Shown: positions 26,959 through 35,450 of the stretch, in pieces
Layout of the letters: each line of letters opens with the position of its first letter
How positions within the stretch are numbered: the first letter of the stretch is position 1
Assembly (NCBI GenBank): GCA_002716165.1
Contig: PAZT01000017.1
Coordinates: 21,545-56,994 of the forward strand
DNA from: Deltaproteobacteria bacterium
Lineage (GTDB): Bacteria; SAR324; NAC60-12
Direction: 5' to 3'
Length of the DNA stretch: 35,450 nucleotides
Position numbers and translations under genes: made by a program
Notes under the pieces: generated by a model
The model's input: only the letters and a program-made list of their open reading frames with translations
Told to the model about the DNA's origin: nothing
Database searches by the model: none

Positions 26959-27954
26959 ATGCAAAACTTAGAAGAACTGCAGCAGTACATATCCCAGTTG
27001 ACAGATGAATCAATATTAACTGGAAATACTGTAGTTGCAGCCCCGGATTGTCTGCCTACACCATGTTTCCCAGATATAATTAGTAAAGTTCTAGGAATGG
27101 TAACTGAACATGAGTGGGATGATCTTTCAGAACGCGCACAGAACTATCTTAAATGGATTACCGTAAAAGCAGAATCGATAGATGCTCTTGCTCCAAGGCC
27201 TTTGCATTCAAAGACATGTGGTTTTGAACTACTTTCTATAGACAGAGATTGTAATAGTTTTGGCGAGTTAGTAGCACGTTCACAAGAGTTGAATATCCCT
27301 TCAGTACTCCTTCGATTTGCTTCATTAATTGCTACTTTTTTAATGATGCGTCTACTTCGTCAGCATATGAAACGTGACAATATCCTTATGCCATCCCTGA
27401 CTTTTACTCAAAACGTTGATGCAAACTATCTCAATTATCCTCATACATTGAAAATATTATTGGAACTTTTTCCAGAATACCAACAAATGTTTTTTTTTGA
27501 AATAAATGAAGAAATTACTGAAGATTATCTGAAAACTATTCGAGCGCTTGCAGAGGATTTAGGAATACGTTTTGCTCTAGATGACACAAATAAGATGGAT
27601 TCAAATGTCCACCTTCAACTGCTTGATCTTGCTGACTGGATAAAGATTGATTTTCAGGCTACAGAATTGTTAGAAGAACAGCTAATTGCTGGGAATGGTA
27701 ATAAAATAATTTTTCATTTTGAGCAATATGCTCGAGGTGCAAGATCACCCGTAATTGTTTTTGAAGGGTTAACCGAAAATTCTCCATTAAAAGTTTTTCT
27801 TGAACAGAGCTGGAAACAAACTAGCACTGAACTTTATTATCAAAGCAGAGAAAGGCCTCCTGTTCCGCCATGGAACAAGTATTTTGGCTTAATTCAAGAT
27901 TATCATGATGACAAGTATGGCCTCTTTTTTAAAGGTTTAATAAATGAGTTGTAA
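26959..27954 (+). CDS. EAL-domain-like protein (c-di-GMP phosphodiesterase fold, divergent/degenerate)
   Basis: Ordered matches to EAL landmarks: GFELLSI (EAL as ELL), TQNVDANYL (N), FFFEINEEI (ExTE), IRFALDDTNKM (DDFGTG position), DWIKIDF (KID), VIVFEGLTE (EGVE) and YYQSRERP (QG..P). Confidence 0.5.
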   Translation: MQNLEELQQYISQLTDESILTGNTVVAAPDCLPTPCFPDIISKVLGMVTEHEWDDLSERAQNYLKWITVKAESIDALAPRPLHSKTCGFELLSIDRDCNSFGELVARSQELNIPSVLLRFASLIATFLMMRLLRQHMKRDNILMPSLTFTQNVDANYLNYPHTLKILLELFPEYQQMFFFEINEEITEDYLKTIRALAEDLGIRFALDDTNKMDSNVHLQLLDLADWIKIDFQATELLEEQLIAGNGNKIIFHFEQYARGARSPVIVFEGLTENSPLKVFLEQSWKQTSTELYYQSRERPPVPPWNKYFGLIQDYHDDKYGLFFKGLINEL

Positions 27955-29230
27955 ATCACATATTGTCAAAAATATTTGGACTGTTTCATCATATATTTTT
28001 TTAGGAAATGGAATAATATTCTATGGTTGTAGTTCATCTGACTCACCGTTTGAAAGTAGTACTGGCCCCTCTAATACATCTGGGACTGTTTTTGAAAGCC
28101 CTATAGAATTTGACGCAGGCGAAAATCCTGTAAGTATAGTTTCTGGAGATTTCAATGGAGATGATGAATCAGATCTTGTGGTTGCAAGCTCTAGAAAGCA
28201 GGACGGAATTTCAACAACGGAAGATGGGTCATTAACTCTCTTACAGTATACATCTTCTTCCAGTAGCCGCTTCCCCTTTGTTTCTAGTACAATTAGTCCA
28301 ACTACTGAGGAATGGAGACAGGATATGGTATCGGTTGATTATTCAGGGGACAATAATACTGATTTAGTAGTAACAAAAACTGGTGAAGATAAAATAAAAT
28401 TTTTACTGAATGATGGTAGTGCAAATTTTTCTGATAATGGTAGTATAGAGGTTGGTGATGTCCCATTAAGTATAATTTCAGGAGATTGGAACGATGACAA
28501 TGAAACTGATCTGGCAGTAGTAAATCGTGACGACAGCAGTGTTTCCATACTTCAAAACAGTAATGGAGTTTTTTCTTTATCTCAGACCCTATCAGTTGAC
28601 GAGCGACCAATACGCACGGTAAGTGGAGACTGGGATGCAGATTCTGATATTGATTTAGCAGTATTATTGAGAGACAGTACTAAGATACAAATCTGGCTAA
28701 ATAGTGGTACAGGTTCTTTTAGTAAACAGGATTCCAGCTACTCTGTAGGAAGTTTTCCAATAGATATGATTACAGGTGATTGGGATTGTGACGAAAATCT
28801 TGATCTTGCTGTTAGCAATTCTGGAGATAATACCATCTCATTAATCTTTGGTAAAGGTGATGGAACTTTTGCTTCAGAAGTAGTTATAAACTCGGGCAGA
28901 GGTCCTAGTTCAATGGCCTCAGCAGATTTCAACAATGATAATAATATGGACTTTGTTGTTGGACACCGATTTCTTGTCAGTACACCGGGAGTCTCTCTAT
29001 TAACTGGAGACTTCTCATTGACTCTCAGCGACACATCTTCAACTACAGGGTATGCATCATCAGTTTCCTTTGCAGCAACTACAGAAGAGGATGGAGCCTC
29101 TCCAGCAGAAATAATCATTATTGATGCAGACAATGATTCAAAACTAGACCTGCTAATTACAATGCCTTTAACCAAAAAATTATCAGTACTATTCGGGAAG
29201 CAATATACAGGAAGTTTAACCTGCCCTTGA
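27944..29230 (+). CDS. FG-GAP repeat (integrin-alpha-like 7-bladed propeller) putative lipoprotein
   Basis: Signal peptide with the lipobox-like FYGC. Seven D-x-[ND]-x-D-x-x-x-D-[LF] repeats: SGDFNGDDESDLVV, DYSGDNNTDLVV, SGDWNDDNETDLAV, SGDWDADSDIDLAV, TGDWDCDENLDLAV, SADFNNDNNMDFVV and IDADNDSKLDLLI. Confidence 0.8.
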   Translation: MSCKSHIVKNIWTVSSYIFLGNGIIFYGCSSSDSPFESSTGPSNTSGTVFESPIEFDAGENPVSIVSGDFNGDDESDLVVASSRKQDGISTTEDGSLTLLQYTSSSSSRFPFVSSTISPTTEEWRQDMVSVDYSGDNNTDLVVTKTGEDKIKFLLNDGSANFSDNGSIEVGDVPLSIISGDWNDDNETDLAVVNRDDSSVSILQNSNGVFSLSQTLSVDERPIRTVSGDWDADSDIDLAVLLRDSTKIQIWLNSGTGSFSKQDSSYSVGSFPIDMITGDWDCDENLDLAVSNSGDNTISLIFGKGDGTFASEVVINSGRGPSSMASADFNNDNNMDFVVGHRFLVSTPGVSLLTGDFSLTLSDTSSTTGYASSVSFAATTEEDGASPAEIIIIDADNDSKLDLLITMPLTKKLSVLFGKQYTGSLTCP

Positions 29231-29432
29231 AGAAAGAATTATAATTTATCTAATAAAAATAACAATTTTTCACTCATTTCATTATTCCCCTTTGATATAT
29301 TAATATGTAAAATAAATTCATGGAGATAGTTTTGTAAATTAGTGTTTGAAGGATGAACATGTTTAGGTTTTAATGTTAGGGTCGATATTGATTATATTTT
29401 TTTAAATTGATTTCTATATTAAAAATTAATTA

Positions 29433-30269
29433 ATGCTTATTACCGGAATCTGGACAGCTTTACTGCTATACATAATTACTGCTGTGGTGGGGATATATGT
29501 ATCAGCTTTTGAAGAAGTTTCAAAAGCCAGAATATTGAAAAATTCGCTAGTTTTAGGAATGCGTATAGCTTGGTGCATCCATACAATTACTTTAATTGGA
29601 TTGCTCTGGTACAAAGCAATTTGGCCAGCAACTTTTGTGAGTGATATCCTAAATATTCTAGCGTGGGCTAGTATGGTTGTAGTTCAAGCTTTGCATGAAC
29701 GTGTAATGAGTTTAATTAATCCTTATATTATTCGACTATTTGCGATTTTACTGCTGGGAATGTCACTAGTATTTTACCAGTGGGAAGTAATGTCTGAATT
29801 GTTGGTTATTGATCAAACATGGTTTTTTCAGGTGTTGCTAGGAACACACATTGTAATTTTGCTCGCAGGATATGTACTTTTGGGGGTTGCATGTGTGGCA
29901 AGCATAATTTTTCTCTATCAAGAACATCATCTAAAAACAAAACTTTTGACTTCAATTATGGTTCGCTTCCCTGCTCTTGGAACTCTTGATAGAATAAGCT
30001 GGCAAGGTTCGCTCTGGGGTTTCCTTGCTTTGAGTATTGGCATAATGCTTGGAATTATTATTAACAAGGGAGACCAAACTCTTTTAGCTGATATCCGTTT
30101 TATTTCTTCAATCAGTTCTTGGTTTGTTTTTGCGATTTTATTGCTTCTCAGGCAAATGAGAGCATTACATTCAAAGTGGATTGCTATATGGCCTATCGCA
30201 GGATTCACTCTAGCTCTTGTTTCTCTTTTATCAGAACTAATGCGTATGAATCCTCAAACGCATCCATAA
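29433..30269 (+). CDS. Cytochrome c assembly family (CcsA/YpjD/HemX-like) integral membrane protein
   Basis: 278 aa, about 8 TM segments. The central LYQEHHLKTK...FPALGTLD segment is typical of YpjD/HemX-type proteins. No WGxxWxWD heme-handling motif seen. Confidence 0.6.
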   Translation: MLITGIWTALLLYIITAVVGIYVSAFEEVSKARILKNSLVLGMRIAWCIHTITLIGLLWYKAIWPATFVSDILNILAWASMVVVQALHERVMSLINPYIIRLFAILLLGMSLVFYQWEVMSELLVIDQTWFFQVLLGTHIVILLAGYVLLGVACVASIIFLYQEHHLKTKLLTSIMVRFPALGTLDRISWQGSLWGFLALSIGIMLGIIINKGDQTLLADIRFISSISSWFVFAILLLLRQMRALHSKWIAIWPIAGFTLALVSLLSELMRMNPQTHP

Positions 30270-30291
30270 ATCAGTTTTAAATTTTTTGAAA

Positions 30292-31287
30292 ATGCAGTCT
30301 TTTCATCAACAGCAGTTTGAATCCAAGGATAGAATAGAAGATATCTCTTTTGAAACAATTCGTAAGGAAAATAAACATTTTTTGGAGCAGGTTCAAAATG
30401 CTGTTAAAGACAATATAGGTTTATCTCTGCCTTTTTCTTCTGAAATTGCAAATCACATATTATTATATGACAAAGTACTAACTCGCACTTTGGTTTTGCT
30501 TAAATCAGCTTGTTTATTTGATAAGCCTGATAAATCTGTTTTTGATATTGGTAGTACTTTGGAATTATTAAATGCAGCTTCAAACCTTCACCAGCATATT
30601 AAATCAACAGAAAAATCTAGGAGCATCCAAAAAAATTATAAAAATATTTGGGGTAATGAAGTAAGCGTTTTGCTGGGAGATTATTTACTTTCCACATCAT
30701 TTCAAATTTTAACCAAGTTAGGAAACTTGGATGTTCTGGAATGTATATCATTGGCTACCAAAAATATTTCACATGGACAGGTTCTTGAAATTTCTGAATC
30801 GAATCATTTTGCAACAATAAAACACTGGAGAAAAGTTATAAGAGGTAAATTTGCAGGCTTGTTTGGTGCAGGTGCGCAAAGTGCTGCCTATTGGGGAGGT
30901 GCAGATAATTTAACTGCTTCAATTTTATTTTCATTTGGTGAACATGTTGGCATGGCTGTGCAACTCAAGACGGATTTAAATGATCTACGCAATGAAAATC
31001 TTATAAAGCAAAAAATAATAAACAATGAATTGTGGTCACCAATTTGTTTTTTGTTTCATGAATGCATGCCTGATACTCAACGTCTTGAAATTTCAAAAAA
31101 ATTGCAAAATGAATTTGAAGATCCTGAAATATTAAATGAGATTATTAATCTGATTAAGGAATATGATTTGACTGATATTATAAAGTCTGAAGCTGAACAT
31201 GAACTGAAACTCGCAAAAGAATGTCTCTTAAATCTTAAAATTGATACTCGTCCAATCCTACCCCTCACTCAATTTAAAATTATTTAG
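30292..31287 (+). CDS. Polyprenyl diphosphate synthase (IspB-like) homologue lacking both Asp-rich motifs
   Basis: Collinear with IspB: LELLNAASNLHQHIKSTEKSRS vs [23 protein letters not shown], then WGNEVSVLLGDYLLSTSFQIL and HGQVLEI. GMAVQLKTDLNDL aligns with GTAFQLIDDLLDY. Confidence 0.75.
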   Translation: MQSFHQQQFESKDRIEDISFETIRKENKHFLEQVQNAVKDNIGLSLPFSSEIANHILLYDKVLTRTLVLLKSACLFDKPDKSVFDIGSTLELLNAASNLHQHIKSTEKSRSIQKNYKNIWGNEVSVLLGDYLLSTSFQILTKLGNLDVLECISLATKNISHGQVLEISESNHFATIKHWRKVIRGKFAGLFGAGAQSAAYWGGADNLTASILFSFGEHVGMAVQLKTDLNDLRNENLIKQKIINNELWSPICFLFHECMPDTQRLEISKKLQNEFEDPEILNEIINLIKEYDLTDIIKSEAEHELKLAKECLLNLKIDTRPILPLTQFKII

Positions 31288-31288
31288 T

Positions 31289-32101
31289 ATGTCTGAAACT
31301 TTGTTGATCAAAAATGATTCAAATGTTGCAGAAATTGAAATTAACCGCCCGGACCATGCTAATGCAATAGACGAAGAATTATGGTTTGCAATAGGAAATT
31401 GTTTCAGTGAACTAAATGAAAGTAAAAGTGTACGTGTTTGTATCATAAGTGGAACTGGCAGTAATTTTACTTCTGGAATAGATTTAAAATATTTACAGCA
31501 CTTGGCACAAGAAAGCGAAATATATGACTGTGATGGACGAAAGCGCGAATTTTTAAGAAACAAAATCTTAAAGCTTCAATCAGCATTCTCACAAATAGAA
31601 AACTGCAGAAAACCTATAATTTCTGCAATTCATGGAGGTTGTATTGGTGCGGGAGTTGATTTGATAAGTGCATGTGATATGAGATATTCTACAAAAAAAG
31701 CTGTATTCCAAATTAAAGAAATTGATCTAGGCATCACTGCAGATGTTGGGACACTTCAACGCTTACCGCATTTAATTCCTCATGGAATAGTCAGAGAGTT
31801 GGCCTATACAGGCCGCAAGTTTTCTGGGAAAGAAGCTCAATCTTTTGGGTTGATCAACAATTGTTATGAGGATAAGAAAACCATGATGACCGAAGTCAGA
31901 AAAATAGCTGAGCAAATAGCAAGAAAATCGCCCTTAGCAATACGTGGCGTAAAGGAAACACTTCTTTATTCACGTGATCATTCCGTAGCTTCAGGATTAA
32001 ATCATGTGGCAACTTGGAACTCAGCAATGCTTTTGTCATCAGATTTGGAAGAATCAATAATGGCTATGATACAAAATAGAACCCCAGAATATAATGACTG
32101 A
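31289..32101 (+). CDS. Crotonase-fold enzyme, delta(3,5)-delta(2,4)-dienoyl-CoA isomerase (ECH1)-like
   Basis: ISAIHGGCIGAGVDLISACDMRYSTKKAVFQIKEIDLGITADVGTLQRLP closely parallels the ECH1 active-site region, with the Asp/Glu/Asp triad positions present. The ATG lies 1 nt after the preceding stop. Confidence 0.8.
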   Translation: MSETLLIKNDSNVAEIEINRPDHANAIDEELWFAIGNCFSELNESKSVRVCIISGTGSNFTSGIDLKYLQHLAQESEIYDCDGRKREFLRNKILKLQSAFSQIENCRKPIISAIHGGCIGAGVDLISACDMRYSTKKAVFQIKEIDLGITADVGTLQRLPHLIPHGIVRELAYTGRKFSGKEAQSFGLINNCYEDKKTMMTEVRKIAEQIARKSPLAIRGVKETLLYSRDHSVASGLNHVATWNSAMLLSSDLEESIMAMIQNRTPEYND

Positions 32102-32200
32102 CATTCACCTATTTTCTGTTGATTTGTTTAACATTATATTTTATAGCCCATAAAGAAGAAATAATTAAAATCACTATATTGGTTTAGCTCATAATAAGAT

Positions 32201-35200
32201 ATGATTCCCCGACTCAGTCTATCTGAAAGGATTCCACAAGTTGTGCAAGATTTTCTTGAACAGCTGCGCCAAAGTAAATTTTCTGGAAAAATTAATCATG
32301 ATTATGCTTCACGAGTTGTAACTTCAACTGATAACAGTATATATCAGGTCTTACCCCAGGCAATTATTTCACCAAAAAACATAAGTGACATTCAGAAAGT
32401 GATGTCTATTGCTGGGAAAAAATATTTTTGCAAAGACATCAAAATCACAGCTCGTGGAGGTGGTACAGGCACAAATGGACAATCACTGTCAGATGGTATT
32501 GTTCTGGATTGTTCACGTTTTATGAATCGAATACTTGAAATTAATCTCAAGCAGGGTTGGGTAAGAGTGGAGCCCGGGGTGGTTTTGGATCAGTTGAACA
32601 AATTTCTTGAGCCATATAATGTCTTTTTTGCACCTGATTTATCGCCCAGTAACAGAGCGACACTAGGGGGTATGGTAAATACTGACGCATGTGGGAAAGG
32701 TTCGAGAGTCTATGGACGCACGAGTAATCATGTAATGGAACTGTCATGTGTACTCTCAAATGGTGAATTTTTAAAATCTATACCGCTTGATGAATACGAG
32801 TTAATTGAATTTAAAAACAAACCGGGTCTTACGGGAAAAGTATTTAAGATAGTAGATGAAATTGTTTCTAAAAAAGCAGACCTTATTGACAGAATCTTCC
32901 CGAGAATGAATCGTTTCATGACAGGATATAATCTTGCCAAGGTATTTGATAATCCTGAAAATAGATTCAATCTAAACTATCTACTTTGTGGATCAGAAGG
33001 GACTTTGGCAGTTGTATGTGAGGCAAAATTACGTTTGACTAAAATTCCAAAATATAAGCATCTACTTGTATTGAAATACGAGAGTTTTGATGATGCGCTT
33101 AGAGATGCAGAAATATTGGTTGAGTCTGAACCGGCTGCAATTGAGACAATCGACGAAAAAATTCTCAGTCTTGCTAGAACAGACGAAATATATAATAAAA
33201 TAAAGTCATTCATTGCTGATGAAAAAACAAATTCAGGAAAAAGAACTCGACCTACCCGTACCATTAATCTTGTTGAGTTCAGTGGGAATAATAAGATTAA
33301 AATGGAGCGAAGGATTTCTTTCTTATGTAAAGTTGTTGAAAGAAACAAAAATGAGTCTGGAAAAGCAACAGGTTACTATAGAACTGCTGATCAAAATGAA
33401 ATAAAAAATCTGTGGAACTTGCGTAAAAAAGGTGTAGGACTATTAGGAAAGACTGAAGGTGAAAGAAAACCAATACCTTTTATTGAAGATACAGCAGTTC
33501 CCGTAAAAAATTTAGCCAGATATATAAGTGATTTCAAAAAACTATTAGATTCATATGACTTGGAATATGCAATGTATGGACACGTAGACGTGGGATGTTT
33601 GCATGTTCGACCAGCTTTAGACTTAAAAAAGCCTGAAGAGGAGATATGGATTAGAGAACTATCCGATAAAGTAGTTAAATTAGTAAAAAAATATGATGGT
33701 GTAATGTGGAGCGAGCATGGTCGTGGTTTCCGCAGTAAGTATACAGCCGATTTTTTTGGCGAGGAATTGCATCAAGATTTGCAGCACATTAAAGAAGCTT
33801 TTGATCCATATAATCGGCTAAATCCAGGAAAAATAGTAGTACCTTACTCTCACAATGATAATGTAGTTCCACTGGAAGGGCCTTTGCGTGGACAGAAAGA
33901 ACGTCAAATAGATAAGAATTATCTTAATGAATATCGTTCTGCAATGAGCTGCAATGGAAATGCTGCTTGTCTAGATTACGCGCCTGAAAGTATAATGTGT
34001 CCTTCTTCAAGAATTACACGTGAAAATATTCATTCTCCTAAAGGAAGATCATCTTTGATACGAGAGTGGTTAAGGTTGATTTCTTTGAATCAGCTAAAAA
34101 CTCCTCTTAAAATCAAGCGTAAAGGTTTAATTAAAAATTTCCTGATAAAATCTTTAAATACCATTAGAAAAATTAAGGGTGAATATGATTTTTCTCACGA
34201 GGTTTATGATTCCATGGGTGGATGTTTAGTCTGTAAAGCTTGCGTAACGCAATGTCCTGTTAACGTTGATGTACCTGACTTTCGCTCAAAATTTCTAGAA
34301 CTTTACCATTCACGATATTTTCATCCGATTAAAGATTATCTTGTGGGCTCAACAGAAAGTATTGGCCGTTTGTTTTCACAAATGCCTTGGTTGATAAATT
34401 CAATTTTAGGCTTATCTTTTTTTAGGGAATTTCTAAAAAATAAAATTGGTTTAAAGGATTTTCCAGAATATAGTCCTGAATCTTTGAGAAAGCGTCTATT
34501 GAATTATGACAAAACAACATTTAACTTAGATGATCTTTATACACTTTCTGCTGAAGAATCTAAACGTAGCGTAATAATTCTTCAGGATGCATTTACCTCA
34601 TTTTATGAATCCCAAGTAGTATTTGATTTTTTTAAGTTGCTAAAGAAATTAGATTTTTCAGTTTACGTTGCTCCATTTCATCCTAATGGAAAGCCACTGC
34701 ATGTAAAAGGATTCTTAAAAAAATTCAAGAATGTTGCTGAGAAAAATTCTAAATGGCTTGCACATGTTGGAGGTGCAGGGATTCCAATTGTAGGACTTGA
34801 TCCTAGTATTGTGCTTACTTATCGGGATGAATATATTAAAATTCTTGGACAAAATAATCTCCAAAAAAAAGTTTTGCTACCACAAGAATTTTTAATGATG
34901 AATCAAGATAATTTTAAAAAGCATTCAGGTAATTCAAATCAAAATATTATAGAATATCATTTGCTTGGGCATTGTACTGAAAAAACAACAGCTGAAGTAT
35001 CACATGGACTTTGGAAGGATGTTTTCAATTTTTTCGGCTTAGGTTTAGTGCTTATTGATGCCGGATGTTGTGGAATGGCCGGAACATACGGACATGAAAC
35101 AGAGCATTATGAAGAGTCGCTGGGTATATACAACTTAAGCTGGAGAAAAAATATTCCAAATGATCCTTTCTCTAGGCAAAAAATATTAGCTACAGGTTTT

Positions 35201-35290
35201 TCTTGTCGAAGTCAAGTAAAGCGTTTAGATGGATTTCGTCCTCTTCATCCAGTACAGGCATTGTTAAGAGAGATTAAGTTTGTTTCCTAA
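32201..35290 (+). CDS. ydiJ: FAD-linked oxidase fused to 4Fe-4S and CCG domains (YdiJ-like D-2-hydroxyacid/D-2-hydroxyglutarate dehydrogenase)
   Basis: 1029 aa. FAD_binding_4 region ARGGGTGTNGQS, GlcD-like C-domain (SEHGRGF), ferredoxin motifs CNGNAAC...CPS and CLVCKACVTQCP, and C-terminal CCG motif CCGMAGTYG. Same architecture and size as E. coli YdiJ. Confidence 0.85.
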   Translation: MIPRLSLSERIPQVVQDFLEQLRQSKFSGKINHDYASRVVTSTDNSIYQVLPQAIISPKNISDIQKVMSIAGKKYFCKDIKITARGGGTGTNGQSLSDGIVLDCSRFMNRILEINLKQGWVRVEPGVVLDQLNKFLEPYNVFFAPDLSPSNRATLGGMVNTDACGKGSRVYGRTSNHVMELSCVLSNGEFLKSIPLDEYELIEFKNKPGLTGKVFKIVDEIVSKKADLIDRIFPRMNRFMTGYNLAKVFDNPENRFNLNYLLCGSEGTLAVVCEAKLRLTKIPKYKHLLVLKYESFDDALRDAEILVESEPAAIETIDEKILSLARTDEIYNKIKSFIADEKTNSGKRTRPTRTINLVEFSGNNKIKMERRISFLCKVVERNKNESGKATGYYRTADQNEIKNLWNLRKKGVGLLGKTEGERKPIPFIEDTAVPVKNLARYISDFKKLLDSYDLEYAMYGHVDVGCLHVRPALDLKKPEEEIWIRELSDKVVKLVKKYDGVMWSEHGRGFRSKYTADFFGEELHQDLQHIKEAFDPYNRLNPGKIVVPYSHNDNVVPLEGPLRGQKERQIDKNYLNEYRSAMSCNGNAACLDYAPESIMCPSSRITRENIHSPKGRSSLIREWLRLISLNQLKTPLKIKRKGLIKNFLIKSLNTIRKIKGEYDFSHEVYDSMGGCLVCKACVTQCPVNVDVPDFRSKFLELYHSRYFHPIKDYLVGSTESIGRLFSQMPWLINSILGLSFFREFLKNKIGLKDFPEYSPESLRKRLLNYDKTTFNLDDLYTLSAEESKRSVIILQDAFTSFYESQVVFDFFKLLKKLDFSVYVAPFHPNGKPLHVKGFLKKFKNVAEKNSKWLAHVGGAGIPIVGLDPSIVLTYRDEYIKILGQNNLQKKVLLPQEFLMMNQDNFKKHSGNSNQNIIEYHLLGHCTEKTTAEVSHGLWKDVFNFFGLGLVLIDAGCCGMAGTYGHETEHYEESLGIYNLSWRKNIPNDPFSRQKILATGFSCRSQVKRLDGFRPLHPVQALLREIKFVS

Positions 35291-35336
35291 AAAATGATTT
35301 ATTCCAATTTAATGGATATTGTCGTGAAAATTTTCT

Positions 35337-35450
35337 ATGGCAGAAATTACTTTTAATGATTTCAAAAAGTTGGAAATCCGCACAGGGACTATAATCGATG
35401 CAAATCTAAATCACAAAGCAATTAAGCCATCCTATAAGTTAATCATAGAT
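35337..35450 (+). CDS. tRNA-binding domain protein (CsaA/EMAP-like), 5' partial at window edge
   Basis: MAEITFNDFKKLEIRTGTIIDANLNHKAIKPSYKLIID matches the start of the CsaA-type OB-fold tRNA-binding domain (F..ldiR.G.I......a.KP.ykL.iD). Runs off the window. Confidence 0.6.
   Translation, partial: MAEITFNDFKKLEIRTGTIIDANLNHKAIKPSYKLIID

Noticed and set aside
28302-29175. Antisense ORFs within the FG-GAP gene (28302-28610, 28339-28548, 28738-29175).
   Set aside because: They are mirror images of a repetitive Asp/Ser-rich coding region. The + strand frame carries seven clear FG-GAP repeats.
32547-33404. ORFs inside the ydiJ-like gene (32547-32759, 32728-32970 and 32977-33348 on the minus strand; 33213-33404 in an alternative + frame).
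   Set aside because: They overlap a continuous 1029-aa ORF with strong FAD/Fe-S/CCG motifs and have no independent motifs.
1-35450. Scan for CRISPR arrays, tRNA/rRNA genes, integrases, reverse transcriptases, restriction-modification, toxin-antitoxin or other defence-island hallmarks.
   Set aside because: None recognised by eye. The window is mainly core genome, so I am not claiming a defence or mobile system beyond the single RAYT.

Overview
This is an AT-rich bacterial chromosomal segment, mostly + strand, dominated by housekeeping genes. I cannot assign a taxon from the sequence alone. Recognisable content:
- rarA (fused to an extra domain), ligA, galU, a histidine phosphatase, a spermidine-synthase-like methyltransferase next to an MFS transporter, and an Slt70-like lytic transglycosylase and alr.
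- A translation/replication block: rplY(ctc)-pth-ychF and rpsF-rpsR-rplI-dnaB.
- A YdiJ-like FAD/Fe-S dehydrogenase and the 5' end of a CsaA-like tRNA-binding protein gene.
- The left edge holds an intact RAYT/IS200-like tyrosine transposase beside two decayed genes, a LutA-like remnant and a multiply frameshifted Ldh_2 dehydrogenase.

I found no rRNA, tRNA, CRISPR array, integrase, reverse transcriptase or recognisable defence or toxin-antitoxin module. I do not see a clear-cut novel multi-gene system. The most interesting signals are single-gene or gene-pair oddities:
1. rpsR is split across two frames exactly at an A10 run.
2. RarA carries a roughly 290-aa methyltransferase-like C-terminal extension and overlaps a mini-lipoprotein gene.
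3. An IspB-type polyprenyl synthase homologue has lost both DDxxD motifs and sits in a tight operon with a CcsA/YpjD-like membrane protein and an ECH1-like dienoyl-CoA isomerase.
4. A eukaryote-type (CPT/EPT-like) CDP-alcohol phosphotransferase lies divergently 17 bp from an LtaS/sulfatase-family transferase.
5. An EAL-like protein with a degenerate DDFGTG loop is translationally coupled to a 7-repeat FG-GAP lipoprotein.

All family assignments come from motif recognition by eye, with no database search. Start codons are best guesses.
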